A stretch of 61,927 nucleotides of DNA, the filler included, from Actinomycetota bacterium (GTDB lineage: Bacteria; Actinomycetota; Actinomycetes; JAKEEW01): assembly GCA_046725875.1 (NCBI GenBank). It is 4 parts of 4 records of this genome, joined end to end, with 100 filler letters (N's around TTAATTAATTAA, not from the genome) between each part and the next. Parts side by side here need not be neighbours in the genome. Positions count along the whole stretch, not along the records: positions 26,440 to 48,565 come from JBKOZJ010000094.1; positions 48,666 to 55,333 come from JBKOZJ010000100.1; 2 more parts are not named here. One strand, given 5' to 3'. Shown here in pieces: positions 41,848-51,953 of this stretch; position 1 is the stretch's first letter, and each line of letters opens with the position of its first letter. The notes beneath the pieces are model-generated. The model was not told the DNA's origin and made no database searches. It saw nothing but the letters and a program-made list of their open reading frames with translations. The position numbers and the translations under genes were made by a program.

Positions 41848-41961
41848 GTTTGGACCTCTCCGGAACACGCTCCAGCGTGACTTGGCCCCACCACGCTACC
41901 TGTCGACAACCGTCCGGTAGCCATTCGCGGTCTCGAGCAACGGATCTACTAGCCTGCGGCC

Positions 41962-42309
41962 ATGGCAAGTCTGGAGGAGTGCCGCACCGCGCTGGACGAG
42001 TTCGCCGCTTCGTTGTCGGGCGCGGACGAGAAGGCCAAGCGGGCAATGGCCGAGCGCACGCTGAGCTGCTATATCACCGACCTCGACGTGACCTTTACGG
42101 GGCGGCTCGACGACGGCCGGCTAGTCGACGTCGAGGAGAAGCCCGGTCGAGTGCCGGGCGATCAGACACAGGTCCGGCTCAGCATGACCAGCGACGATCT
42201 CGTCGCGATGACGAACGGCAAGATTTCCTTCGTCCAGGCCTGGCTGACCGGTCGGGTGAAGATCGACGCAAGCTTCCGCGACCTCCTCCGCCTGCGTTCG
42301 CTGCTGTAG
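41962..42309 (+). CDS. SCP2 sterol-binding domain protein
   Basis: SDDLVAMTNGKISFVQAWLTGRVKIDAS; leaderless TAGCCT-N6-ATG. Confidence 0.88.
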   Translation: MASLEECRTALDEFAASLSGADEKAKRAMAERTLSCYITDLDVTFTGRLDDGRLVDVEEKPGRVPGDQTQVRLSMTSDDLVAMTNGKISFVQAWLTGRVKIDASFRDLLRLRSLL

Positions 42310-42325
42310 TGGATCCGATCCAGCA

Positions 42326-43414
42326 TCACAGACCAAGCCGGACGATAGCCGCGCTGACCGCTGCCGGACTCAGCTCCCGGTTGGCGCTCCAGCTCGCCGC
42401 GCAGAGGGCGCGGAGGCCGTCGACCGGATCCCCCGCTCCGTCGATCTTGATCGTCTCGCCGACCACAACCATCCAGCCACGGCAGCGTGCTCGGCCGCGC
42501 GCCTCGACTTCAACCAGAGGCTGGGAAGTCAGGAGCCCACGCAGGTCGGCAGCGATATAAGTGGGCCGGTGCATCGGATCGGCCGCGACCAGCGTCGCCG
42601 GCGACGTCACGCCGGTGAGTACGAGCAACGAGTCCGCACCTACGCGGCAAGCGCCTTCGATGTCGGTGTCCAGCCGATCGCCGACGACGAGCGGTCGCGC
42701 AGCCTTGAGTCGCAGGACCGACTCGTGGTGCAGCGGGGACTCGGGTTTGCCAGCGACGATCGGCGTCGCTCCGGTCGCCGTGGCGACGGCGGCGACCAGC
42801 GCTCCGTTGCCTGGCGCGATCCCTCGGCTGGTCGGGATCGTTCGGTCCATGTTTGTGGCGATCCACGGGAGGCCTGCTTCAATCGCGTACGACGCCTCCG
42901 CGAGCTGCACCCAACCAACCTCCGGGCCATATCCCTGAAGTACTGCGGCCGGCGACTCGGCGAGCGTACGCGCGGGTTGCAGGGCCCGCTCTTTGAGAGC
43001 TTCGACGATTCCGTCGCCACCGACCACCAGCACGGCCGAGCGTGCCGGCACCAGCTCGGTGACGAGCCGGGCGCCTGCCTGGGCCGAGGTGACAACGTCC
43101 GCAGCGGTCGCAGGAATGCCCAGCTCCCGCAGGTAGGCGGCGACTTGTTCCGGTGTTCGGGAGGCGTTATTGGTGACATAGCCGATTGCCATGCCGCGGC
43201 GGCGGAGCTCGGAGACGACCTCGGCCGCGTGGGCTACCGCGGAGTCGCTCCGATATACGACACCGTCCAGATCCAGGAGTGCCGCATCATAGATCTCGGC
43301 CAGCGGCCGGTTGCTTCCCCGTGGGGTGCTGGGCGGGGCGGCGCCCTCGCTTCCATCCCACGGTGCCAGGCGGCCCGATGATCTCCGAGCTGGTCCACCG
43401 GACATGGTATTCAT
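42326..43414 (-). CDS. HAD-IIA (NagD-like) hydrolase
   Basis: LDLDGVVY, TNNASR, ATNMD, GKP, VGDRLDTDI. Confidence 0.94.
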   Translation of the reverse strand: MNTMSGGPARRSSGRLAPWDGSEGAAPPSTPRGSNRPLAEIYDAALLDLDGVVYRSDSAVAHAAEVVSELRRRGMAIGYVTNNASRTPEQVAAYLRELGIPATAADVVTSAQAGARLVTELVPARSAVLVVGGDGIVEALKERALQPARTLAESPAAVLQGYGPEVGWVQLAEASYAIEAGLPWIATNMDRTIPTSRGIAPGNGALVAAVATATGATPIVAGKPESPLHHESVLRLKAARPLVVGDRLDTDIEGACRVGADSLLVLTGVTSPATLVAADPMHRPTYIAADLRGLLTSQPLVEVEARGRARCRGWMVVVGETIKIDGAGDPVDGLRALCAASWSANRELSPAAVSAAIVRLGL

Positions 43415-43875
43415 TGTCCTTCTGGCTCGGCTGGCGGCTGCGCCCGATGGCGGGCCTGGGCCTGGAGCGTGGCCACTACCTGCCTCAGGGCCGAGCCGTA
43501 GTGTGCGGCGCTCGGCCGCATCGTGGCCGCGAGCACGAGGTGCTGCCGGGCGGTCTGCAGATCGCCTAGCCGCCACGACGAGAGACCGAAGCCGAAGTGC
43601 GCGTAATCGTCGTCCGGCCTGTCCTCGACGAGCGACCGGAACGCGTCGCGGGCCGCGGCATACTGCCCGGAATCGAACCGCGCCCGGGCCAGCGCTTCAC
43701 GGATGCTGCGCGAACCCGGCTCGGCCTCGGCTGCGTGGCTCAGCAATTGCGCAGCCGCTGCCGCGTCGCCGGCATCGAGCAGGCTCAGGCCGCGGCGATA
43801 CCAGTCGTAGACTTCGCCACCTGGCCGTCCGCCCGGCTCCTCCGGCTGGGCAGAGCCGCTTCGATCCTGCGCCAT
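43411..43875 (-). CDS. Tetratricopeptide repeat protein
   Basis: YDWYRRG, EPGSRSIREALARARF, PDDDYAHFGFG; stop overlaps the HAD start. Confidence 0.85.
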   Translation of the reverse strand: MAQDRSGSAQPEEPGGRPGGEVYDWYRRGLSLLDAGDAAAAAQLLSHAAEAEPGSRSIREALARARFDSGQYAAARDAFRSLVEDRPDDDYAHFGFGLSSWRLGDLQTARQHLVLAATMRPSAAHYGSALRQVVATLQAQARHRAQPPAEPEGQ

Positions 43876-43967
43876 CTCGCACCCTTCGTATCCATCTCGG
43901 GTTGGGGACGATGTGGGTCGCGTGCGGCGCCGTCGCCGTGAATGACCGGTCGCATACGATGCCCGGT

Positions 43968-45245
43968 ATGAGCACCGCGGTCCGTGACCCGTCCGCCGGC
44001 TTGGTGCTCGCGCCATTTCGCGGAGTCCGCTTCGACCCTGCGCGCGTACGTGATCTCGCCGCGGTGACGTCACCGCCATACGACGTGATCGAACCCGACG
44101 GGGTCCGCCTGCTCGAGACGCTTGACCCACACAACATCGTCCGTCTAATCCTCCCACGCGACGACACATCCGGCCCGGAGGGGCGCTACCAGCACGCAGC
44201 CGGGCTGCTCCGGCGGTGGACCGCCAGCGGAGTCCTGCGCACGGATTCGGCGCCTGCCCTGTACGTTTATGAGCAGGTCACGCCGACGACGGTCCAGCGC
44301 GGACTTGTCGGCCTGCTGGGCTTGCGCAGTCCGTCGTCGCGAGTCGTCCTCCCACATGAAGATGTGATGCCAGGGCCGGTCTCCGACCGGCTCGAACTGA
44401 TGCGGGCGACCCGCGCGAACCTCGATCCGATCTTGCTTGTGTACGAGGGTGGCGGGGCCGCGTCGGAGATCGTCGAGGTGACATGCTCCGGGCCGCCGAT
44501 CGTCCAGACTCAAACGCCCGACGCCATCACCCATCGGCTCTGGGCGATCACTGAGACCCGACTCGTTTCGGCGATCGGGACCGATCTGGTCTCACGTCGT
44601 GCCATGGTCGCGGACGGCCACCACCGGTACGCGGCCTATCGGGGGTTGCAGGCCGAGCTGCACGCGGTCGCTCGGGAGCCCGGACCTTGGGACTTCGGCC
44701 TCGCAATGCTGGTCGATTCGGCCCGGCACCCGCTGGAGATCCGCGCGATCCACCGCGTGCTACCGAAGCTGCGTATCGACGACGCGCTTTCCGAGCTGGC
44801 CGGCCACGCGCGGGTGTCGGAGATCCACCTAGGCGGGCGGGGGGAGGCCGCCGGCGTGGTCGATGGCGGAGGTGCGGGTCGCTTCCGGCTGATCTCCGAG
44901 GGCCGGGAGTGGGTCGTGTCAGACATCGATCTGTCGCTCGTGGCGGATTCGATGCCGGCCAACCGACCGCCGTCATGGAGGGGTCTCGATGCCGCGATCT
45001 TGCACTATGTACTCATCGATCGGGTGTGGCGCCAGCAGGATGACCCCGAGCACGTCACCTACCACCACGACGCCGGCGAGGCGACCAGGGCGGCCGAGCA
45101 TGCGGGCGGTGTCGCCGTCCTTCTGCATCCGCCCGCCATCTCCACCGTGCTCGAGCTAGCCGCGGCCGGCCAGCGCATGCCCAGAAAGTCGACGTCCTTC
45201 GGCCCGAAGCCGCGCACCGGCATCTTGCTGCGTACATTCGGGTGA
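43968..45245 (+). CDS. DUF1015 family protein
   Basis: PFRGVRF, SPPYDVI, LPHE, ADGHHRY, MPRKSTSFGPKP; leaderless TACGAT-N7-ATG. Confidence 0.92.
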   Translation: MSTAVRDPSAGLVLAPFRGVRFDPARVRDLAAVTSPPYDVIEPDGVRLLETLDPHNIVRLILPRDDTSGPEGRYQHAAGLLRRWTASGVLRTDSAPALYVYEQVTPTTVQRGLVGLLGLRSPSSRVVLPHEDVMPGPVSDRLELMRATRANLDPILLVYEGGGAASEIVEVTCSGPPIVQTQTPDAITHRLWAITETRLVSAIGTDLVSRRAMVADGHHRYAAYRGLQAELHAVAREPGPWDFGLAMLVDSARHPLEIRAIHRVLPKLRIDDALSELAGHARVSEIHLGGRGEAAGVVDGGGAGRFRLISEGREWVVSDIDLSLVADSMPANRPPSWRGLDAAILHYVLIDRVWRQQDDPEHVTYHHDAGEATRAAEHAGGVAVLLHPPAISTVLELAAAGQRMPRKSTSFGPKPRTGILLRTFG

Positions 45246-45292
45246 CGCGCCGGCTCTAGCAGTTGCGCTGATGTGTCGCTGCCATTGATCGT

Positions 45293-45979
45293 TCAGCGCC
45301 ACTCGTGATGATCGCCGAGCGCGCGAGGCGGGACGACATACTGCTTCGAAAGGTCGTTGTTGTCGATGACGAGCGTCGCGGCGAGTTGTGGCTCGCACTC
45401 ATTCAGGTAGATCCGCTGGCCCTCTAGATAGCGGTGGTTTACCGGTGCAAGCGGGTCGGCTAGCAGCTCGGGTTGGCGTTGGGAGCAGCGGGCGAACGAT
45501 GTTGCGAAATCAGCCTGGAGGAGGACGGAATAGTCCCAATAGGTTCGCAACTCCGGTCGATGAAGGAAGATGCCGTCGAAGACTAGAACGGCTTGTGGCG
45601 GAGCGATCTCTGCCGGAGAATCGACGAAGTCGTCCGCACGATAGTCGAAGGCCGCACGACGGAGTCGCTGGCTGCCGCCTGGGCTGAGCGGATCGAGGAG
45701 GAACGTCCGCAGTAGATCGTAGTTGTACGAGTCGCGGAAATAGCCTTCCGGCGACTTCCGACCTCGGTGGTAACGCACCAGGCGGGGGTTGTGAAAGCCG
45801 TCGACGCTCGACCTGATGACAGCCTGGCCCTGATCGCGAAGGGCGGCGCCGAGCTCATCAGCGAATGTCGTTTTACCGGCTCCATCAACACCGTCGACAG
45901 CCACCCGAAGCACGGGCGACTTGGGTAGTCCGACGAGCTCGTCGGCGATGGTCGCGACGAGATCGCTTCTGTCACCCAT
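45293..45979 (-). CDS. Uridine kinase-like P-loop kinase
   Basis: VAVDGVDGAGKTT, SVDGFH, FDGIFLHRPEL, RYLEGQ. Confidence 0.88.
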   Translation of the reverse strand: MGDRSDLVATIADELVGLPKSPVLRVAVDGVDGAGKTTFADELGAALRDQGQAVIRSSVDGFHNPRLVRYHRGRKSPEGYFRDSYNYDLLRTFLLDPLSPGGSQRLRRAAFDYRADDFVDSPAEIAPPQAVLVFDGIFLHRPELRTYWDYSVLLQADFATSFARCSQRQPELLADPLAPVNHRYLEGQRIYLNECEPQLAATLVIDNNDLSKQYVVPPRALGDHHEWR

Positions 45980-46022
45980 GCAGACAAGCTATCCAAGAAC
46001 TGATCTTTTAGCGATTGAGCGG

Positions 46023-46460
46023 TTAGGTCAGGGGAGCGATGTCGGTGACCTCGACATTGAACCAGCTGGTCGGCGCGCCGGCTGCCAGTGACCTGGCGAA
46101 CCGGCGGCGGAGTGCGCCATGCACGGCTAGCCGGTCGCCCGGGGCCACTGCGGCGAGCGAGGGGAGGAGCTCTGAATCCCAGACGGCGCATTCCACGACA
46201 TCCACACTCTGACGCTTGACGGCCGGAGCCTCGTCCGAGCCGTCTGAGTGCCCGGCCCCGGGTTGGTCAGCTCGGCGTCTGATGATGAGCCGGAAGGTCG
46301 TCAGCGTCGAGCCGGTGCGCAGAATCCGCTGGACCGGTGGCGCCGATAACCGTCCGGTCAGGGCTACCTCGTTTCGGTCCGCGACTGGGCTCGCTGGGCT
46401 GGGACGGTCCAGCGAGGCCTTCTGTTGCTCCTGGTGGGTCTTGCGGAGCGCGATCATCAT
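46023..46460 (-). CDS. Short SSB-like OB-fold protein
   Basis: NEVALTGRLS, FRLIIRR, VECAVW, VHGALRRRF; no acidic C-tail. Confidence 0.85.
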   Translation of the reverse strand: MMIALRKTHQEQQKASLDRPSPASPVADRNEVALTGRLSAPPVQRILRTGSTLTTFRLIIRRRADQPGAGHSDGSDEAPAVKRQSVDVVECAVWDSELLPSLAAVAPGDRLAVHGALRRRFARSLAAGAPTSWFNVEVTDIAPLT

Positions 46461-46613
46461 GCTCCCCCTGACGTGGGTTCCCGGCCGTCACACATCAAGT
46501 GTCTGCGAGATGCTGCGCTCACAGCGCGGCAAGCTAGTCGGCTGTGGACGAAGGCCCACGATTTGTCGACCCTGTGGAGATGCCCTGAGCTCGACGGCGG
46601 CTCCGCACGCGGA

Positions 46614-47060
46614 ATGGCGGTATCCGTCGGCAGCGCGAGCCTCGACCCCGCGAACTCACAGAAGTCCGAGGTGTCGGTCACGATTCCGGCGAACAGCGTC
46701 GAGACAGGTTCCTCTCGTCGCGACGCGCACCTTCGTAGCGCCGCCTTCTTCGAGACCGAGACGTACCCCACGATCGAGTTCCGTGGTATCGAGCTGCGGC
46801 CCACGAAGGAACCGGAGGTGTGGACGGTCGTTGGTAACCTGACCATTCGCGGTGCCACCAAGCCGGTCGAGCTCACGATGACCTACCTCGGCGTGTGGGA
46901 TGACCCACGGCTCGGCACGTGCGCCCGTTTCGAAGGGACGGCCAAGGTCAACCGCAAGGACTGGGGCGTGGACTGGATCAAGGCGATCGGGGCCTGCGGT
47001 GTCGTAATCGGCGACCGCGTCAAGCTCGAACTGGAGCTACAGGCGATCAAGAAGCGCTGA
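46614..47060 (+). pseudogene. YceI family protein lacking its N-terminal strands
   Basis: SVETG, RDAHLRSAAFF, YPTIEF, GNLTIRGATKPV, NRKDWG present; IDxxHS...F...H N-terminus absent. Confidence 0.7.
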
Positions 47061-47173
47061 CCGCGGGTTGCCGTGTACTAACTATCAGGCCGCAGCTCAC
47101 GCCTGCTGCCGCGTCTTGGGACGCTGTAAGCGCTCCCGCTACTTCGACCAAGACATTGATCTACCCGCGGACA

Positions 47174-48046
47174 TCAGTCGATGCCGTCGAGCTCGGCCAG
47201 CCGCTCTACCGCACCGGTTTCGTCATCCGGATCAACGTCCGTCGCCCGCAGGAACCACTCCTTCGCACCTTCCCGGTCACCCATCTCGAGGAGCGTATCC
47301 GCGTACGCGTAACGCAGCCTGGCGCTCCAAGGCCGAACCACATCGGCCAATTCGGGCACCCGCAGTGTTACCAACGCGGCCTCGTACTGTCCGAGGTCAC
47401 GGCGGGCACCGGCGGTCACGAGCCTGAGCTCGGCGCGGCCGGCGGGATCAAGAGTCTGCGCCTCCGGCGCGCCGGCCATATCAATCGCGCGCCGCGGCCG
47501 ACCTAGCCCGCGCTCGCAGTCGGCCATCGCAGGCCAGTATTCGTTCGAGCCGGTGAGTCGGCGCAGCGCACGGAACTCCTTGAGCGCCTCGGCGTACCGA
47601 CCGGTGTAGTAAGCGGTGATGGCAAGAGCCTCCCGGACGACGCCGAGGCGGGCCGCGCGGGCGCGAGCGGCGGCGGCATGTTGGTAAGCCGCTTCGGGGT
47701 CCTCATCCACCAGCTGCCCAGCGGCGACCAGATGTTTCGCAACCAGGTCCGCACGCTCTTTTGGAAGGCTCGACAGCTCCTTACGAACCTCGGGGGCCAG
47801 CTCGAGACCTGTGATGTCCGCTGGCAGATCCGGCGCCGCCGGCCCATCTCGCCGGTGGTCGGAGGATCCGCCTGCACGACCGGTCGGGCGCCTATTTCTG
47901 CCAGGTCGGGCGCCGCCGCCGTAGCCACGCGGATTACGACGCCCCCGGCCGCTGCTCCGGGTCCTCCCGGCACGCCCGCTGGCTCCGTTGGACTGGTCGG
48001 GCGGGCCGAACTGCCCACTCCGCCGTCCACGATCGTCCGGGGTCAC
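47174..48046 (-). CDS. TPR-like hypothetical protein with Arg/Gly-rich N-terminus
   Basis: VAKHLVAAG, REALAITAY, MADCERGLGRP, RLRYAYAD; type commonly found downstream of rrn. Confidence 0.85.
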   Translation of the reverse strand: MTPDDRGRRSGQFGPPDQSNGASGRAGRTRSSGRGRRNPRGYGGGARPGRNRRPTGRAGGSSDHRRDGPAAPDLPADITGLELAPEVRKELSSLPKERADLVAKHLVAAGQLVDEDPEAAYQHAAAARARAARLGVVREALAITAYYTGRYAEALKEFRALRRLTGSNEYWPAMADCERGLGRPRRAIDMAGAPEAQTLDPAGRAELRLVTAGARRDLGQYEAALVTLRVPELADVVRPWSARLRYAYADTLLEMGDREGAKEWFLRATDVDPDDETGAVERLAELDGID

Positions 48047-48110
48047 TGCTCGACGCTCCTCTCGGCCATCTCCGCTCGACTGTTGCACAGCGATCGGGGG
48101 GGATGACCAA

Positions 48111-48144
48111 GAACGGGCCATCCCATGCATGGGATGGCCCGTTC
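48111..48144 (-). terminator. rrn operon terminator hairpin (perfect 34-bp palindrome)
   Basis: GAACGGGCCATCCCATG-CATGGGATGGCCCGTTC directly after 5S. Confidence 0.75.
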
Positions 48145-48153
48145 GAACGGATG

Positions 48154-48271
48154 TCCGGCGGCGTCCTACTCTCCCACGCAGTCGCCCACGCAGTACCATC
48201 GGCGCTGAAGGGCTTAGCTTCCGGGTTCGGAATGGATCCGGGCGTTTCCCCTTCGCTATGGCCGCCGAAAC
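48154..48271 (-). rRNA. rrf: 5S rRNA
   Basis: Reverse complement GTTTCGGCGGCCATAGCGAAGGGGAAACGCCCGGATCCATTCCGAACCCGGAAGCTAAG...GATGGTACTGC...GGGAGAGTAGGACGCCGCCGGAC. Confidence 0.97.
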
Positions 48272-48427
48272 CCTATGGAGATGTGCGGTTCTCGCTTGAA
48301 GGCAACTCCCGCTCTTGCGCTGCATGGAAAGCGGTGTTGCTTCATCGAGTGGCTCCGACCGTATCTCGGGAGCCGCACAGTGGACGCGGGCATCTTCCTG
48401 CTCAACCCGTGCGAGTGAGAAGGAGTG

Positions 48428-48565
48428 TGGTCAAGTCCTCGGCCTATTAGTACCGGTCAGCTCCATGCGTTGCCGCACTTCCACTTCCGGCCTATCAACC
48501 CAGTCGTCTAGCTGGGGGCCTTACCCGGTTAACCCGGTGGGAGACCTCATCTTGGAGCGAGCTTC
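48428..48565 (-). rRNA. rrl: 23S rRNA 3' end (partial)
   Basis: Reverse complement ...GTTGATAGGCCGGAAGTGGAAG...GACCGGTACTAATAGGCCGAGGACTTGACC; contig breaks inside the gene. Confidence 0.95.
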
Positions 48566-48665
48566 NNNNNNNNNNNNNNNNNNNNNNNNNNNNNNNNNNN
48601 NNNNNNNNNTTAATTAATTAANNNNNNNNNNNNNNNNNNNNNNNNNNNNNNNNNNNNNNNNNNNN
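48566..48665. other. Artificial contig linker
   Basis: N44-TTAATTAATTAA-N44. Confidence 0.99.
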
Positions 48666-48677
48666 GCTCGACTGGGC

Positions 48678-49997
48678 TTAGCGGATGAGGGTGAAGCTGT
48701 CGGGGTCCCGCGGCGGACGGTCGGGCGGCCTAGTCGCCGGGTACCCGATGGCGACGCTACCCATTGGCTCCCAGTCATCGGGCAGATCGAGCTCGCGCCG
48801 CACGACATCCTGGCAGAACAGGGTCGACGAAACCCAGGCTGAACCGAGCCCCTCCGCCGCAAGTGCAACCAGGAGGTTCTCTATGCCAGCCCCCATCGCC
48901 AACAGGAACATCGAACGCTCGGCATCGGCTCGGCGGTCGTCGGGATACGGGTGGGACCCCTCCCGAACGAGGCACGGGAGGACGAGGTAGGGCGCCCGGC
49001 GGAGCACGTCCCCCCGGCCCAGCCGGCGGTCGATGGACTCCTCACTGAAGCCGTCCCCGCGCAGATCGGCGGTCCAGGCGTCCCGCATTGCGTCGAGCAG
49101 CCGCTCCCGCGCCTGCTGGGAGTCGAGCAGCACGAACCGCCAGGGTGTCGTGTGATGAGGTGCCGGCGCCGTCACGGCGGCCGCGACGGCACGGCGGACA
49201 GCCGCGCGGTCGACCGGACCGGGCGCGAAGTCTCGTACTGTTCTCCGGCTCGTGACCGCGGCGCGCATCGCCTCGGCCGTACCCAGCCGGAACAGGTCCT
49301 CCGCGGCCGGGCGCACCACGTCTGCAGCGCCCGGCCCGTCCTCCTCCGTGACGAGATGGCCGAGCCCGCGGACGACCGCCACCGGCAAACCCGCGAGCTT
49401 TCCCTTGACCAGCTCGGCCGCTGACGCGATCTCGTCCACAACCGCCCGAATCGTCGACGACAGCAGGTTGCCGTGGCCATCGACGCGGCCACGCAGGTCG
49501 TCTACCGGGTTCAATCCGGCGGTGCCGACCGCGATATCGACGAGACCGACCCGCCACGGCCGGCCTACCGTATCCGAGATGATCACGCCCACCCGGACGC
49601 CGAGACGGTCGCGTATCGTGCGGCGCAGCCTGCGGGCTGATGCATCTGGGTCGTCGGGCAGCAAGGCCACGATTCCAGGCTCGACGTTGGACGAATCCAC
49701 ACCCGCTGCGGCGAGCACCAACCCATGCTTGGTCTCGACGATGCGCAGAGCGTCTCGGGCGGCAACCAGCCGAACTGTCTCGGCGTCGATCGCCTCATCC
49801 CTCGTCGTGCCCGGTCGGATGCTGCCCTCCGCCTTCGACACGATCTTCGAGGTGATGACGACGACGTCCCCCTCGGCCAGCTCGGGAACGGTCACGCATA
49901 TGAGGCGGCCGAGGTCCGTGCCGGGCCTGATCTCGGGAAAGCCGGGTACCGGCCGCACGTAGAGCGCCGGGTGCGGCCTCGGCTCCGGACTCCTCAC
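48678..49997 (-). CDS. fbiB: Coenzyme F420-0:L-glutamate ligase with C-terminal nitroreductase domain
   Basis: [51 protein letters not shown]. Confidence 0.96.
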   Translation of the reverse strand: MRSPEPRPHPALYVRPVPGFPEIRPGTDLGRLICVTVPELAEGDVVVITSKIVSKAEGSIRPGTTRDEAIDAETVRLVAARDALRIVETKHGLVLAAAGVDSSNVEPGIVALLPDDPDASARRLRRTIRDRLGVRVGVIISDTVGRPWRVGLVDIAVGTAGLNPVDDLRGRVDGHGNLLSSTIRAVVDEIASAAELVKGKLAGLPVAVVRGLGHLVTEEDGPGAADVVRPAAEDLFRLGTAEAMRAAVTSRRTVRDFAPGPVDRAAVRRAVAAAVTAPAPHHTTPWRFVLLDSQQARERLLDAMRDAWTADLRGDGFSEESIDRRLGRGDVLRRAPYLVLPCLVREGSHPYPDDRRADAERSMFLLAMGAGIENLLVALAAEGLGSAWVSSTLFCQDVVRRELDLPDDWEPMGSVAIGYPATRPPDRPPRDPDSFTLIR

Positions 49998-51229
49998 CGG
50001 CGCACCTCGACGGCGAGAGCCAGGGCGGCGCGCGCCATGTCAGCCGTCGCGTATACCGACCGCATCATGAGCGGTACGGCCCGGCAAGCGATGCCAACCG
50101 ACTCGACCGCGGGCACCGCGGACTTGTCGACCTCGTCCACCAGCCAGCCGTCGAGCAGCTCCCGGCCGTAGTTGAGCGCGACCGCGGCCGCCGACGTGTC
50201 GACTCCGATCGCCGCGAGCACCTTGTCGGCCATCCCACGCACGGGACGCCCGCCCACGATCGGTGAGAGTCCGACGACCGGCGCATCCGCGGAAACGAGC
50301 GCCTCCTTGACGCCCGGAACGCTCAGGATCGTGCCGATGCTCACCACCGGGTTCGAGGGCGGGAAGATGATGACATCCGCCCCGCCGATCGCGTCGAGCA
50401 CGCCGGGCGCCGGCATGGCGTGATCAATACCCAAGATCCGGATCTCGTGGGCTGCCGGCTGCGCCTGAAACCGCACCCAATACTCCTGGAAGTGCACGAG
50501 CCGCCGGCCACCATCGGCGGCGGCATCGTCGATCACCACGTGCGTTTCGACGGGAGCGTCGGTCATGGGGAGGAGCCGCACTCCCGGGCGCCAGCGTCGG
50601 CAAAGGGCTTCCGTCACCTCGGAAAGAGGGCGGCCGGCGGCGAGCATCTGTGTGCGGAGGATGTGGGTTGCGAGATCACGATCTCCTAGTGTGAACCATC
50701 CTGCACCGTCCCTAGCTGTCGCCGCGAACCCGGCCCGGAGGGGTCCCTCCGGGCGGGTGACGGCTAGCCCAAGGTGTTGGTCGGCACCGTAGGCGGTGAG
50801 CTCGTCGCGGATGGTGAATCGCTCGTCCGCCCGGCCCCAGCCCTGCTCCGCGTGGATGCCGCCGCCGAGTGTGTACATGACCGTGTCGAGGTCGGGGCAG
50901 ACACGCAGGCCGTAGAGGGTGATGTCGTCACCAGTGTTGCCGATCACGGTGATCTCGGCGGCGGGCCGTGCGGCTAGCAGACCGCGGAGGAACCGCGCGC
51001 CTCCGATCCCACCGGCGAGCACAACGATTCGGCCCGCTTCGGTTCTGTCCCCGCGCTCGGCACCGCGGGGGGCTTCTGGGGGGTCGTCGTCCCCCCGGTC
51101 GGCACCGCGGGGGGCTTCTGGGGGGTCGTCCCCGCGGTCGGCACTGCGGGGGGCTTCTGGGCGGTCGTCCCCGCGGTCGGCACTGCGGGGGGCTTCTGGG
51201 CGGTCGTCCCCTCGGTGGGCGCTGCGCAT
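49994..51229 (-). CDS. cofD: 2-phospho-L-lactate/PEP transferase CofD (FbiA)
   Basis: [44 protein letters not shown]; repeat-expanded N-terminus. Confidence 0.95.
   Translation of the reverse strand: MRSAHRGDDRPEAPRSADRGDDRPEAPRSADRGDDPPEAPRGADRGDDDPPEAPRGAERGDRTEAGRIVVLAGGIGGARFLRGLLAARPAAEITVIGNTGDDITLYGLRVCPDLDTVMYTLGGGIHAEQGWGRADERFTIRDELTAYGADQHLGLAVTRPEGPLRAGFAATARDGAGWFTLGDRDLATHILRTQMLAAGRPLSEVTEALCRRWRPGVRLLPMTDAPVETHVVIDDAAADGGRRLVHFQEYWVRFQAQPAAHEIRILGIDHAMPAPGVLDAIGGADVIIFPPSNPVVSIGTILSVPGVKEALVSADAPVVGLSPIVGGRPVRGMADKVLAAIGVDTSAAAVALNYGRELLDGWLVDEVDKSAVPAVESVGIACRAVPLMMRSVYATADMARAALALAVEVRR
51048..51225 (-). repeat. 39-bp in-frame tandem repeat (about 4.5 copies) in the cofD 5' end
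   Basis: Unit ccccgcggtcggcactgcggggggcttctgggcggtcgt, encoding [13 protein letters not shown]; one unit is 42 bp. Confidence 0.9.
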
Positions 51230-51378
51230 GCCGCCCAGTCTCTCGCAATCAAACCCACCACCAGGGTTGGGTTGGCGGCCCGCCCGAGGCCAGGTCGGAG
51301 TCGGCTTCCCGGAGGGGTGGGATCCCTGCCATCAGCTCTCCGCGTGGTGCTATCTGGCCCCTTTGGAGCAATGTCGAC

Positions 51379-51407
51379 TTGACGGTTGGCTCTTACGGAC
51401 GTGTAAT
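51379..51407 (+). promoter_or_regulatory. Putative whiB promoter
   Basis: TTGACG-N17-TGTAAT. Confidence 0.6.
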
Positions 51408-51485
51408 TCCATAGATGTAACTCGACTCTCCGGCCGGTTCGAGCGGGGCGGGTCTCGGGGAAAGGCACGGGGTTAGGAGGTGGCC

Positions 51486-51743
51486 ATGGGCAAGGTCCTC
51501 ATCTTGCTCGCTGGCACCGGAGAGGATCTCGGCTGGCAGGAGCGCGCGCTGTGTGCCCAGACCGACCCGGAGGCGTTCTTTCCAGAGAAGGGCGGGTCGA
51601 CCCGAGAGGCAAAGAAGGTGTGCCTCTCCTGCGAGGTGCGGGCCGAGTGCCTCGAGTACGCGCTCGCCAACGACGAGCGCTTTGGCATCTGGGGTGGCCT
51701 CTCAGAACGGGAGCGCCGGCGCCTGCGCAAACGCGCGGTCTGA
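51486..51743 (+). CDS. whiB: WhiB family Fe-S regulator (WhiB/WhiB2 type)
   Basis: WQERALCAQTDPEAFFPEKGGSTREAKKVCxxCEVRAEC, GIWGGLSERER; AGGAGG RBS; cofD-whiB-GT2 synteny. Confidence 0.96.
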   Translation: MGKVLILLAGTGEDLGWQERALCAQTDPEAFFPEKGGSTREAKKVCLSCEVRAECLEYALANDERFGIWGGLSERERRRLRKRAV

Positions 51744-51953
51744 GGCACACTCAGACCGGCCGTGATGGCGCGTAAGCGTTCGGTGAGAGCGGGCTGGCCA
51801 GGGCGGATGCGGGCGACTTGATCGATCGGGAGGAATCGGCGACTGCGGTTGCCGGGCGTCTCCGGTCGCGTAGGGTAAGGCGCTACGGCCTGATCAAGGC
51901 ATTGGGCCGAGTCCGGGAATGACGCCGCACGAGATGGGTCGAGCCGCCAGGCT

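Noticed and set aside
48047..48325. N-terminal extension of ORF 47174-48325
   Set aside because: It reads through the 5S rRNA and terminator; the real start is probably near 48046.
51048..51225. cofD tandem repeat as CRISPR
   Set aside because: Units are contiguous with no unique spacers and keep the reading frame.
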